A DNA stretch of 64,000 nt from NCBI GenBank assembly GCA_963739455.1, contig CAVUAK010000003.1, positions 128,001 to 192,000 on the forward strand. Direction: 5' to 3'. This document shows positions 18,745 through 28,374 of this stretch, one piece after another. Under the pieces are notes generated by a model that searched no databases, was not told the DNA's origin, and worked only from the letters and a program-made list of their open reading frames with translations. The first letter of the stretch is position 1. Every line of letters begins with the position of its first letter. The position numbers were made by a program, and so were the translations under genes. The stretch is from an uncultured Gemmatimonadales bacterium. Lineage in GTDB: Bacteria > Gemmatimonadota > Gemmatimonadetes > Gemmatimonadales > GWC2-71-9.

Positions 18745-20028
18745 CTAGGGGCGGAGGAGCGGTTCGCCAGTGTCGAGTGACTTTTTCACGTCCACGGCAG
18801 GACGCGTGATCAGGCCAAGGAGTGGCTTCAGGTCGGCAGTGATGGGGCGCGCGACGAAGACGCGGAACCTGCGGGCGCTGTGGTAGAGCTGGCTCGCGAT
18901 GGCGGGCAGCCCGAGCTGGCCCGCCCGGCCCTGGTCCGTCAGGCGCTCGACCCGGCCATCCCGCATGCGCAGCGGAAGGTCCACGCTCAGCATGTTCTGC
19001 CGCGCCGGATAGTCGATGAGGAGCTCCCCCGGGGCGAGGCCGACCTCGCGCGCGACGGCATCCTCCACCCGCTCCACCACCGCCGGCTCGTCAGATACCC
19101 ACTCGCGCGCGCCGGACGGCACGTCGCTCGCCGGCAGTTCCATTGCCCGCTTGTAGAGACGGCGCTCGCGCACCGCGCGCGCCAGCTCGCTGCCGTTCCG
19201 GGTCAGTTGCTCCATCACCACGTCGTCGGTGGCAATGCTCGCGTCGTCCGGCCTGAGTGTGCCCGCGGCGACCGCCTGCCGCACGGCACGCTTGAACATG
19301 CAGGTGGCCGACCGCACCGCATGGTGCCAGTAGACGTTGCGGTACATCTGGTACTTGGCGAAGAGGAGGGATTCGAGGGCACTCACGCCCTTCTCGTGCA
19401 CCCCCACTTCCAGCCGGTTGGCCGGCGTGCGAACGAGTGTCAGTGACGCGAGCAAGCGGTCGACATCGACCGTGCCATAGGGCACGCCGCACATGTGCGC
19501 ATCGCGACTGAGGTAGTCGATCTTGTCGAGGTCGAGCGACCCGGAGATGAGCCCCACGACCGGGCTCGTGCTGCCGCCCACGATGAGTGCGCCGATGTCC
19601 CGCGCGAAGCCCGGCCCACCAATACCCTCGAGCAGCTCGCCCAGCTCCCCCTCGACGAGGCGCATGACGCCGAGCTGTTCATGCGAGGGGAAGCCGGCCT
19701 CCTCGAGCGTATGCGAGAAGGGGTAGTGCCCGATGTCGTGCAGCAGCGCCGCCAGCCGGAGCGCCGTGCGGTCCCGCTCGCTCACCTCGGCGAGCTCACC
19801 ACGTTCCTCGAGCGACGCGAGGGCCAGGCGCGTGAGGTGATAGGCGCCGAGCGCATGCTCGAAACGGGTATGGGTGGCACCGGGATAGACGAGGAAGGCG
19901 TGCCCGAGCTGGCGTACATAGCGCAGGCGCTGCACCGGCGCCGTGTCGAGAACCGACAGGGCCGCCTGGTCGAGGCGGATATTGTCCCAGAGCGGGTCGC
20001 GGACGACCTCGAAGTCGCTCGTAGTCAG
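18745..20028 (-). CDS. HD-domain phosphohydrolase (dNTP triphosphohydrolase-like)
   Basis: [52 protein letters not shown]. The start is uncertain (CTG 20028 or GTG 20076). Confidence 0.9.
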   Translation of the reverse strand: MTTSDFEVVRDPLWDNIRLDQAALSVLDTAPVQRLRYVRQLGHAFLVYPGATHTRFEHALGAYHLTRLALASLEERGELAEVSERDRTALRLAALLHDIGHYPFSHTLEEAGFPSHEQLGVMRLVEGELGELLEGIGGPGFARDIGALIVGGSTSPVVGLISGSLDLDKIDYLSRDAHMCGVPYGTVDVDRLLASLTLVRTPANRLEVGVHEKGVSALESLLFAKYQMYRNVYWHHAVRSATCMFKRAVRQAVAAGTLRPDDASIATDDVVMEQLTRNGSELARAVRERRLYKRAMELPASDVPSGAREWVSDEPAVVERVEDAVAREVGLAPGELLIDYPARQNMLSVDLPLRMRDGRVERLTDQGRAGQLGLPAIASQLYHSARRFRVFVARPITADLKPLLGLITRPAVDVKKSLDTGEPLLRP

Positions 20029-21902
20029 TCCTCGTCCCGCTCGTCGGCGAGCCGCCAGTGGTCGGGCGACCGCCACAGGCTCGACAGGATGAGCTCGCGC
20101 ATCAGCACGAACTCTTTTGGAAGCCGGTCGTAGAGGCGCTCGAAGAGCATCTCATGCCCGAGGATCTCCTGCTTCCACGCCTCGGTGTCGACACCCATCA
20201 GCTCGGTGAAGGTCTCGGCGGTGAAGCCGTCCAGGCCTTCCCACTCGAGGTCGTCATAGCGCGGCATCCAGCCGAGCGGGCTCTCCGTGGCGCCGGCCCG
20301 GCCGCTCACCCGCAGGAAGACCCACTCGAGCACCCGCATGTTGTCGGCGTAACCCGGCCAGATGAAGTGGCCGTGCGCATCCTTGCGGAACCAGTTGACG
20401 CAGAAGATGCGTGGCGGATCGATGATCTGCCGGCCCATCTGGAGCCAGTGGTTGAAGTACTCGCCCATGTGGTAGCCGCAGAACGGCAGCATCGACATCG
20501 GGTCGCGGCGCACCTGGCCCACGGCACCCGTGGCGGCAGCCGTGGTCTCCGACCCGATCGTCGCCGCGAGGTACACGCCGAAGTTCCAGTTGGCCGACTG
20601 GTACACCAGCGGCACCACCGAGGCGCGCCGCCCGCCGAACAGGAACGCACTGATCGGCACGCCCTCCGGGTCCTCCCAGGCGTCGTCGATCGAGGGACAC
20701 TGCGATGCCGGCGCGGTGAAGCGCGCGTTCGGGTGGGCCGCCTTGCGACCGCAATCGGGCGTCCACTTCTGCCCCTGCCAGTCGGTCAGTTCTGCGGGGG
20801 GGGCCTCCGTCATGCCTTCCCACCACACATCGCCGTCGGGCGTGAGCGCCACGTTCGTGAAGATGGCGTTGGCACTGATGGTGGCCATCGCGTTCGGGTT
20901 CGACGCCACGGAGGTGCCAGGTGCGACGCCGAAGAAGCCCGCTTCCGGGTTGATGGCATACAGGCGCCCATCCTCGCCCGGGCGGATCCAGGCGATGTCG
21001 TCGCCCACCGTCGTCACCTTCCAGCCGGAGTAGGTCGGGGGCGGTACCAGCATTGCGAGGTTGGTCTTGCCACAGGCGCTTGGGAAGCCCGCCGCGAAAT
21101 ACCTCTTCTCCCCGGCGGGGTTCTGCACGCCAAGGATCAGCATGTGCTCGGCCATCCATCCCTCGTCGCGCGCCATCACCGAGGCAATGCGGAGCGCAAA
21201 GCACTTCTTGCCGAGCAGCGCGTTGCCGCCGTATCCCGATCCATACGACCAGATGCTCCGCTCGTCGGGGAAGTGCACGATGTACTTCTCGGCGTTGCAG
21301 GGCCACGCCACGTCGCGCTCACCGCGCCCGAGCGGCTTGCCCACCGAGTGCATGCAGGGCACGAACTCCCCGGGGCCCAGCGCATCGAGGGCCGGCCGGC
21401 CCATGCGGGTCATGATGCGCATGTTGACGACGACGTAGGGCGAATCGCTGAGCTCCACGCCGTACTGGGCCAGCGCCGAGCCGAGCGGGCCCATGCAGAA
21501 CGGGATGACGTACATCGTGCGGCCCTTCATGCACCCGCCGAACACGCGGCGCAGCGTCTGCCGCATCTCCTTCGGGTCGACCCAGTTGTTCGTCGGGCCG
21601 GCATCCTGCTTCCGCTGGCTGCAGATGAACGTCCGGTCCTCGACCCTTGCCACGTCGCTCGGGTCGGAGAGGGCCAGGTAGCTGTTGGGACGGAGGGTGG
21701 GATTCAGTCGCTTGAGCGTACCGGCGGAGATCATCTGTTCGCAGAGCCGCTCTGATTCCGCGGCGGAACCGTCACACCAATGGATCGCCTCGGGCTGGCA
21801 GAGCTCAGCCATCTCGGCGACCCACGCGACGAGCCGCTCATTCTTCACCCAGCTCGGCGCGCGGGCAGTGGAGGCGGCGGATGGGGCCGTGGACATGGTC
21901 AT
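20025..21902 (-). CDS. pckG: Phosphoenolpyruvate carboxykinase (GTP)
   Basis: [69 protein letters not shown]. Confidence 0.97.
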   Translation of the reverse strand: MTMSTAPSAASTARAPSWVKNERLVAWVAEMAELCQPEAIHWCDGSAAESERLCEQMISAGTLKRLNPTLRPNSYLALSDPSDVARVEDRTFICSQRKQDAGPTNNWVDPKEMRQTLRRVFGGCMKGRTMYVIPFCMGPLGSALAQYGVELSDSPYVVVNMRIMTRMGRPALDALGPGEFVPCMHSVGKPLGRGERDVAWPCNAEKYIVHFPDERSIWSYGSGYGGNALLGKKCFALRIASVMARDEGWMAEHMLILGVQNPAGEKRYFAAGFPSACGKTNLAMLVPPPTYSGWKVTTVGDDIAWIRPGEDGRLYAINPEAGFFGVAPGTSVASNPNAMATISANAIFTNVALTPDGDVWWEGMTEAPPAELTDWQGQKWTPDCGRKAAHPNARFTAPASQCPSIDDAWEDPEGVPISAFLFGGRRASVVPLVYQSANWNFGVYLAATIGSETTAAATGAVGQVRRDPMSMLPFCGYHMGEYFNHWLQMGRQIIDPPRIFCVNWFRKDAHGHFIWPGYADNMRVLEWVFLRVSGRAGATESPLGWMPRYDDLEWEGLDGFTAETFTELMGVDTEAWKQEILGHEMLFERLYDRLPKEFVLMRELILSSLWRSPDHWRLADERDED

Positions 21903-21914
21903 GAAGACTCCCGG

Positions 21915-22559
21915 TCAGCGACTGAGCTGGATGGTAGTCGGGGTGTGATAGGCTCGCGCCGCCGTATTCCGGTCCCGCTCGGACGGGGCGGAGACGACCG
22001 GGTCGGAATACATCAGGTCGTCGGGGTCGGGTGAATGCTGGAAGATGCCCAGCGCGTGGCCAAGCTCGTGCGCCGTGGTGAGCGCGAGACAGGCGTCGAC
22101 CCCCGGCGCGTCTGGATCGAAGCGGAGCTCGATGTAGATGTGCATCGGCGGCGTGAGCAGGAACGTCTGCGGATCGACCGCGATGTCGGTGGCACCCTGG
22201 CACTGGCGCGCCATGCTCGGCAGCACCGGCGCGTTGGCCGGGGGCTGGCCCGCCAGTACGATGATATCCGCGTCAGCAGAGTCGGCGACCATCGTTCCGC
22301 GGAACTCGCCGTACAGGAACTGTGCCTGCCACGTCTGGATGGCCGCGGTTGTGTGCGCAACCAGCCCGAGGCTGTCCTGCGCCCACAGCTTGAGTGGCTG
22401 CGACCCCGTGGGCCACGCAAACGAGAGGGTATCGGTGCCGCCATCGGGCAACGGCTCGAGGAGTCGCCACTCGTAGCGATCGGCGCGCAGCGGCGCCGTG
22501 GCGTCCCCGCAGGCGGCCACGAGCGCGAGCAATGCCCAGCGCAAGGCATGTCGGGTCAT
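21915..22559 (-). CDS. Matrixin (M10-like) metalloprotease lipoprotein
   Basis: Lipobox VAAC; HELGHALGIFQHS followed by Met-turn DDLMY. Confidence 0.85.
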   Translation of the reverse strand: MTRHALRWALLALVAACGDATAPLRADRYEWRLLEPLPDGGTDTLSFAWPTGSQPLKLWAQDSLGLVAHTTAAIQTWQAQFLYGEFRGTMVADSADADIIVLAGQPPANAPVLPSMARQCQGATDIAVDPQTFLLTPPMHIYIELRFDPDAPGVDACLALTTAHELGHALGIFQHSPDPDDLMYSDPVVSAPSERDRNTAARAYHTPTTIQLSR

Positions 22560-23176
22560 GATTTCACCGCCTTCTTCAGCGACAATCCCACGCCAAGCGA
22601 TACCTGCGGCACCCACTGCGTGCCGCTGAAGCCGACGAGCCGCGTCTGGCCCGGCGTCAGCGTGTGCGTGTCGGCTCGCGCCCCGATCATGACGTCGAAC
22701 TTCGACAGCAGTGGCACGGTGTAGTCGAGTCCGGCGCCGAAGAGCACGTTCCAGCTCCCGCCCTGCAGGAAGATCCCGGCGTCCTCACTGGGGATCGTCC
22801 CGATCATGCCGATGCCGGCGCGCCAGCGGAGCCGCTGGGCGATCGGGCCGTTCAGGTTGGCGAGGAAGCTCAGCGTCGTGATGTTGCCCAGGTCGGTGGA
22901 CGCCCCGCCGACGTCGGCGCTGTAACCGCCCCACGCGACGGTCGCCTCCAGGCCGACGCCCACCTTCGGCGCCAGTGGGAGGCCAGCGCCGATCCGGACC
23001 ATGGGGGCGATCGATTGCTGCGTGGTGATCTCTTGGCCGGCGATGTTGTCGTGCAGCAGGGGAGCCGCCCATACCGCGCCGAGCTGGAAATAGAGGTCGA
23101 GCTGCTGGGCCTGTGCGACGCCGGGCAATCCGAGGGACAGGATGGCGGCGCAGGCGACGGAGATGGGACGCTTCAT
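22556..23176 (-). CDS. Secreted outer-membrane beta-barrel-like protein
   Basis: Signal peptide (AQA); alternating beta-strand pattern (GVGLEAT, FGAGLDY, LGVGLSL). Confidence 0.65.
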   Translation of the reverse strand: MKRPISVACAAILSLGLPGVAQAQQLDLYFQLGAVWAAPLLHDNIAGQEITTQQSIAPMVRIGAGLPLAPKVGVGLEATVAWGGYSADVGGASTDLGNITTLSFLANLNGPIAQRLRWRAGIGMIGTIPSEDAGIFLQGGSWNVLFGAGLDYTVPLLSKFDVMIGARADTHTLTPGQTRLVGFSGTQWVPQVSLGVGLSLKKAVKS

Positions 23177-23210
23177 TGGCCCGGGAAAATGGTCACCCGG
23201 AGGGGCAGGG

Positions 23211-24095
23211 TCAACGAGCGGGACCGCTGGCGTAGCCCCGCAGCTTGGCCAGCATCTCCCGGTCGTTGGTCACCTCATCGTCGCCCTTTGGAGTCTCGAG
23301 CAGCTTGATGACATGCGCGAACCGCGAATCGCGCATGATCCGGCGGAATGGTTCCTCGCCCAGTGAGCCGTCTCCAATGAGTTCGTGCCGGTCCTTGTGC
23401 GAGTCGAACGGGTTCTTCGAATCGTTCAGGTGGAGCACCCGGAGTGCATCCAGGCCGAGGATCCGGTCAAACGACGTCCAGACGCCGTCAAAATCGCCCA
23501 CCAGGTCGTAACCCGCGGAGTACAGGTGGCAGGTGTCCGCACAGAATGCCACCCGGTGCCGGACGTCGTCGGCGATGCCCGCCCGCAGCTCGGCGAGCTC
23601 CTCGAAACGGCTCCCCAGGGCCGTGCCAGTTCCTGCAGTCGTCTCCAGGAGGACCATGACGTCTCCGGGAACGCTGCGCAGGGCCTTCGAATAGCTTGCA
23701 CTGTTGCGCGCGAGCCCGGCCTGTGGATCATCCATGTAGTTGCCCGGATGAGACACGATGTAAGGGATCCCAAGTGCCGTGCAGCGTTGGAGTTCGGCCG
23801 TAAACGACAGTGTTGATCGCTGGTTGAGCGCGGCGTCGGGAGAGGCCAGGTTTATGAGGTACGAATCATGCGATACCACGGCTCGTAACCCACTGTCCGA
23901 GAATGCCTTGCGAAACTGCTCCGCGGTGACCTCGTCGATGGACGGGTCCCGCCATTGGTTGGGGGTCTTGGTGAAAAGCTGTATCGCTGTGGCGCCAATG
24001 GCGACACCGCGCTCCGGCGCTGTCGCCACTCCGCCCTGCGTGCTGACATGAGCGCCCAGGCGCTCGGCAACTGCTCCCGTCATTCCCGGCTCCAT
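23211..24095 (-). CDS. nfo: Endonuclease IV
   Basis: LGAHVS, HDSYLINLAS, HPG, LLETTAG, CADTCH, HLNDSK, DRHE.IG.G, LETPK. Start is 24095 or 24083. Confidence 0.95.
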   Translation of the reverse strand: MEPGMTGAVAERLGAHVSTQGGVATAPERGVAIGATAIQLFTKTPNQWRDPSIDEVTAEQFRKAFSDSGLRAVVSHDSYLINLASPDAALNQRSTLSFTAELQRCTALGIPYIVSHPGNYMDDPQAGLARNSASYSKALRSVPGDVMVLLETTAGTGTALGSRFEELAELRAGIADDVRHRVAFCADTCHLYSAGYDLVGDFDGVWTSFDRILGLDALRVLHLNDSKNPFDSHKDRHELIGDGSLGEEPFRRIMRDSRFAHVIKLLETPKGDDEVTNDREMLAKLRGYASGPAR

Positions 24096-24100
24096 TCCTG

Positions 24101-25471
24101 ATGGATCCAACCACTTCGCCTGAATCGGCACGTCCACGCGTGCTGCTCTCCGGTGACGCCGCCGCGCGACCAGCAGGCCTGGAGCGCGCCCTGTCGCGCG
24201 CCGGCTTCGTGGTGCTCGAGGCCGCCGACGCCGTCGGTCTCGAGGACGAACGGACTGCCGCGCTTGCCCTGGTGACATTGCTCCCGAACGGCACCGGAGT
24301 GGAGAGTCGGTTCGCCGAGGCGCAGGCGCGCGTTGGCTCGTCCGTGCCGCTGGTGCTGCTGCTTGCCGTCGCCGATCCGGAGCACGCCGCCTATGCCCTT
24401 GCCGCCGGTGCCGCCGATGTGATCCAGCCGCCGGTGCATCTCGGTGAGCTCGCGGCGCGACTGGCCGCGCGGCTCCGGGAGCGGGAGCAGGGCCTGGCGA
24501 CCCGCGTCGCGAGCCAGATGGCGCCACTGCTGCAGCGGGCTGGCGGCCCACTTGGCGTCGAGGAAGTGCTCGGCGTCGTCGCGACCCGGTTGGCGCATGC
24601 CCTCGAGCTGGCGCGCTGTGATGCGCTGCTCGTGCATCCCGGCGAACGCCATGCGCGCCGCGTGGCCATCGTGCCCGCAGAACAGTTCATCGATCATCGC
24701 ATCGACCTGTCCAGCTGGCCCGCACTGGTGGATGCCGCGCGCTCGGGTGAAGTGGCCGTGGTACCGACGCCGTCACCGGCGGCGCGGTCGCACGCGGATT
24801 CCGAGGCCCCCAGCGCCATCGCCCTTCCGGTCCGGGGACGAGGCAACGTCGCGGCGGTGTTCCTGCTCGTGCCGCGGGCCGCGCGTCCAGTGCTGTCCGC
24901 TGCTCAACTCGCCTTTGCCCGCGAACTCGCCGCCGCCGCTGGGCCGGTACTCGACGAGGAGCCAGGTGCGCTCGCGCCGGACGGCCATCGCGATCCGCTG
25001 ACCGGTCTCGAGCGGGGTCGCGCGCTCGAGCATCGCATCCGCGTGGAAATGGAGCGGGCCCGGCGCTATGCGCTCGGCGTGGCGCTCGTGCTGCTCGATC
25101 TCGACCAGTTGTCGGCGGTGAACGCGACCCATGGCAGTGATGCCGGAGACCGCCTGCTCAAGGAGTTCGGCGCGCTGCTCGTGCGCGATATGCGCGTGCC
25201 CGACTTCGTGGCTCGTGTCGGCGGGGACGAGTTCGCGCTGCTCCTGCCCGAGACAGGTCTCGAGGGCGCCCGCACCGCCATCCGGCGACTGCGCTATCGC
25301 ATGACCGACCCGGGTTTCGCGCGGGGACTGGACATGCGCCCCACGGTGACTGCCGGCGTGCTCACGCTTCCGTGGCCCGACAGCGACAGACCCGACGATG
25401 TCCTGGCACTCGCCGAAGCCGCGCTTCTCCGCGCGAAAGCTCAAGGCGGAGAACGTATCGGAACGCTCTAG
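24101..25471 (+). CDS. Diguanylate cyclase (degenerate receiver, GAF, GGDEF)
   Basis: DPLTGL, DLDQLSAVN..HG..AGD, RVPD (I-site) followed by GGDEF. Confidence 0.88.
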   Translation: MDPTTSPESARPRVLLSGDAAARPAGLERALSRAGFVVLEAADAVGLEDERTAALALVTLLPNGTGVESRFAEAQARVGSSVPLVLLLAVADPEHAAYALAAGAADVIQPPVHLGELAARLAARLREREQGLATRVASQMAPLLQRAGGPLGVEEVLGVVATRLAHALELARCDALLVHPGERHARRVAIVPAEQFIDHRIDLSSWPALVDAARSGEVAVVPTPSPAARSHADSEAPSAIALPVRGRGNVAAVFLLVPRAARPVLSAAQLAFARELAAAAGPVLDEEPGALAPDGHRDPLTGLERGRALEHRIRVEMERARRYALGVALVLLDLDQLSAVNATHGSDAGDRLLKEFGALLVRDMRVPDFVARVGGDEFALLLPETGLEGARTAIRRLRYRMTDPGFARGLDMRPTVTAGVLTLPWPDSDRPDDVLALAEAALLRAKAQGGERIGTL

Positions 25472-25566
25472 TCGTCGGTCGTCAGTCGGCAGTCGGCAGA
25501 GAGTCAGCAGACGCTCCGCACCAGCACAACTGACGACTTCCTGACGACTGTCGACTGCCGACTGCT
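25471..25566. repeat. Inverted pair of heptamer tandem arrays (GTCGKCA)n ... (TGMCGAC)n
   Basis: Left arm gtcgtcg/gtcgtca/gtcggca/gtcggca/gtcagca (25471-25509); right arm tgacgac/tgacgac/tgtcgac/tgccgac (25531-25562). The pair spans stop to stop between convergent genes. Confidence 0.85.
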
Positions 25567-26752
25567 ATCTCCTTCTGAGCCATGCCGTCGGGTCGAGGGC
25601 AATCTGGTTCTCGCCCCGGATCTCGAAGTGCAGGTGCGGCCCGTAGTCTGTGTTGGCACCGCCCACTGTCCCCACCGTCTGTCCCCGCACCACCTTGTCG
25701 CCCTGCTTCACCGATGCGCTCTGCAGCTGCATGTACAGCGACCAGTAGCCGTTGCCGTGCTCGACCGCGACGGTCAGGCCGTAGGTGCCGACATTGCCCA
25801 CCAGTCCCACTTGGCCACCCTCGACCGCCTTGACCGGGGTCCCGACCGGTGCCCCGATGCCGATGCCATTCCAGCGGATCACCCCGCCGCTTGGCAGCGT
25901 GTCGCGACCGAACTTGTAGACGATGGTGCCTTGCACCGGCCAGTCGAGCTTGCCGAGATCGGCGGTGGTGAGGGAGCCTGCCGTGGGGGCGGTGCCGCGT
26001 GCCGCGGCGCGGGCCGTCTCGTTTTCGCGGCGCTTGTCGGCCGTCGCGAGCAATGACGTAAGCCGCGACGCGTCCTTCTCCAGGGTCGAGAGCTGCTGGT
26101 CAGTATTCTTGGCGCTCCGCTTCAGTGCGACCATGCGCTTCGCCCCCTCGTCCACGAGGGTGCCGTAGCGCTTGAGCTCCGCCTCGCGCTCCTCCTTGGT
26201 GCGGTCGAGCTGGGTACGCACCTCCAGCACGTTGTTGCGCTGCTTCGCGATCCGGTTCCGCAGCGCTTCCACCTCGCCCACGAGCTGCCGGTCCTGCTGG
26301 CTCGTGAGGTACAGGTACTTGTAGCGGCTCACCAGTTCGCCAAACGACTCGACGGTGAGCAGCACCTGGTAGACGTACAGTTGCCCGCGCTTGTAGATGT
26401 CGATGAGCCGGCGCTCGAGGACGGCGTTCCGCTCGGCGAGGTTGTCGGTGGCGAGGATCAGTTCGGCGGTGTTGCGGTCCAGCTGCGACGAGAGGCCGCC
26501 GATCTGCCGGTCGATCTCGTTGACGATGCGATGGGTGCTCTCGCGCTGGCGCTCGAGGTTGCTCAGTTCGTCCTGCACGTCATGCACCTGCCCCTGCAGT
26601 CGCTGCTGCTGCAGCTTGAGCCGGTCCCGCTCGGCGCGGATTTCCTCAAGGCGCCGGCGGGAGGCCTGGATGGAGTCGCTTTGGGCGTGAAGACGTGAAG
26701 ACGTGAAGACGTGAAGTGAACACACCCCGCACATCATGATTACGGTGCTCAT
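25565..26752 (-). CDS. envC: Murein hydrolase activator EnvC family (coiled coil + M23/LytM)
   Basis: Long coiled coil, LDWPVQG, WNGIGI (degenerate HxxxD), HLHFEIR; downstream of ftsEX. Confidence 0.88.
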   Translation of the reverse strand: MSTVIMMCGVCSLHVFTSSRLHAQSDSIQASRRRLEEIRAERDRLKLQQQRLQGQVHDVQDELSNLERQRESTHRIVNEIDRQIGGLSSQLDRNTAELILATDNLAERNAVLERRLIDIYKRGQLYVYQVLLTVESFGELVSRYKYLYLTSQQDRQLVGEVEALRNRIAKQRNNVLEVRTQLDRTKEEREAELKRYGTLVDEGAKRMVALKRSAKNTDQQLSTLEKDASRLTSLLATADKRRENETARAAARGTAPTAGSLTTADLGKLDWPVQGTIVYKFGRDTLPSGGVIRWNGIGIGAPVGTPVKAVEGGQVGLVGNVGTYGLTVAVEHGNGYWSLYMQLQSASVKQGDKVVRGQTVGTVGGANTDYGPHLHFEIRGENQIALDPTAWLRRR

Positions 26753-26826
26753 GGTGCGGCGCCAACCACTGCGGAGTCGTGCACGAAGGACCCTCACGTC
26801 CTCACGTCCTCACGTCTTCACGTCTT
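26686..26826. repeat. Inverted pair of octamer tandem arrays (CGTGAAGA)x4 ... (CCTCACGT/CTTCACGT)x4
   Basis: One arm (26686-26716) lies inside the envC signal-peptide codons; the other (26792-26826) abuts the ftsX stop. Confidence 0.85.
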
Positions 26827-27688
26827 AGACTTCCTTCAGGTGCCGGCCGACACTCAACAAGCTCCCCAACAACCCCAGCAGCACCCCGAACACCACCAGC
26901 AGCACCATGTCGAGCGGGCGGAAGAACACCAGCGTGGAGAGTGGGCCGGCACCGCGGAACAGGGTGTAGGCGGCGAAGGCGAGCACGAGGGCCAGCAGTC
27001 CGCCCAGGACGCCCTTGAGGGCGCCCTCGAGCAGGAAGGGCCCGCGGACGAACCAGTTGGTGGCGCCCACCACGCGCATGATCGCGATCTCGCGCGCGCG
27101 CTGCATGATCGTGAGGCGGATGGTGACACCGATGATCACCACGGCGATGAGCCCGAAGGCCGCCCCGATGATGAGCCCCACCACGCCCGCCATGTTGCGC
27201 AGCTGGTCCAGCCGCGCGATCCAGTCGCGCCCGTAGCGCACGTCCTCCACGAAGGGGAAGCCGCGCACCCGGTCGGCTACGCCTGCCACGTGGGCCGCGT
27301 CGCGGAAGCCTTCCTTGAGGCGGATTTCCAGTGACGCCGGCAGCGGGTTCACCTGCAGGTCACGATAGGCATCCTTGAACTCGACCAGTTCCCGCCGGGC
27401 CTGCACCAGGGCCTGGTCCTCGGAGACGAACTTCACGTCCGCCACCTCGGGGAAGCTCGCGATGTCCTGCGACGCCAGCGTGATCGTCTCGGGGGCGGTG
27501 CCACGGAGCAGGAACGCCACCACCTCCACGCGCTCCTCCACCCCGCGCAGCGCCTGGCGGAGGTTGAGCGCCACCAGGCCGAAGAGCCCGACGGTGAAGA
27601 GCGAGAACGCGATGGCGGTGATCGACAGCAGCGAGAGCAGCGGCGCGCGCCGGAAGGAGAGCAGCGCCTCGCGGAGGAGCAGGTTCAT
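26825..27688 (-). CDS. ftsX: Cell division permease FtsX
   Basis: NPLPASLEI, TIRLTI..R.REI.IMR.VGATNWFVRGPFLLEG. Confidence 0.93.
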   Translation of the reverse strand: MNLLLREALLSFRRAPLLSLLSITAIAFSLFTVGLFGLVALNLRQALRGVEERVEVVAFLLRGTAPETITLASQDIASFPEVADVKFVSEDQALVQARRELVEFKDAYRDLQVNPLPASLEIRLKEGFRDAAHVAGVADRVRGFPFVEDVRYGRDWIARLDQLRNMAGVVGLIIGAAFGLIAVVIIGVTIRLTIMQRAREIAIMRVVGATNWFVRGPFLLEGALKGVLGGLLALVLAFAAYTLFRGAGPLSTLVFFRPLDMVLLVVFGVLLGLLGSLLSVGRHLKEV

Positions 27689-28374
27689 GAGAGTTCGTCC
27701 ACCTTCTCGTCCGCGGCGCTGTCGTACACCACGGCGCCCTCGCGCATCTCGATGGTGCGGTAGGTGGTCTGGCGCACCAGGTCGAGGTCGTGCGTCGCCA
27801 TGACGACAATCGTGCCCGAGGTGTTGATCTCGCGGAGCAGCTGGAACACGCCGCGGGTGGCGCGCTCGTCGAGGTTGCCGGTGGGTTCGTCCGCCACGAG
27901 GATGGAGGGATCGTTCACCAGCGCGCGCGCGATCGCGACCCGCTGCTGCTCGCCACCCGAGAGTTCGCGCGGATAGGCCCGCGCCTTGGCGGCGAGGCCC
28001 ACCTGCGTCAGCACCCGCATCACGCGCGCCGGGATCGTGTCGCGCCGGGCACCCGTCACCTCCAGCGCAAACGCGACGTTCTCCGACGCGGTGCGGTCTT
28101 CCAGCAGGCGGAAGTCCTGGAACACGATGCCGAGCTTGCGGCGCAGCTTGGGCACGTCGTCGCCCCGCATCGTCTGCACGGCGTAGTTGGCCACGCGCAC
28201 GTCGCCGCTCGAGGGGCGTTGCTCCGCGAACAGCATCTTGAGGATGGTCGACTTGCCCGCACCCGAGTGACCGGTGAGGAAGATGAACTCACCCTTGTTG
28301 ATGGCGAAGGAGACGTCCTTGAGGGCCAGCGCGCCATTCGGGTAGGACTTGAAGACGTGGGCGAAGCGGATCAC
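27685..28374 (-). CDS. ftsE: Cell division ATP-binding protein FtsE
   Basis: GHSGAGKST, VFQDFRLL, LSGGEQQRVAIARA, ADEPTGNLD. Confidence 0.95.
   Translation of the reverse strand: MIRFAHVFKSYPNGALALKDVSFAINKGEFIFLTGHSGAGKSTILKMLFAEQRPSSGDVRVANYAVQTMRGDDVPKLRRKLGIVFQDFRLLEDRTASENVAFALEVTGARRDTIPARVMRVLTQVGLAAKARAYPRELSGGEQQRVAIARALVNDPSILVADEPTGNLDERATRGVFQLLREINTSGTIVVMATHDLDLVRQTTYRTIEMREGAVVYDSAADEKVDELS

Noticed and set aside
18745..20028. HD protein as an anti-phage dNTPase defence system
   Set aside because: It sits in a housekeeping operon coupled to pckG, with no defence-island context.
20058..21755. Long antisense ORFs (here opposite pckG; also opposite lepA, mfd, qor and others)
   Set aside because: These are expected shadow ORFs in high-GC coding DNA and carry no recognisable motifs.
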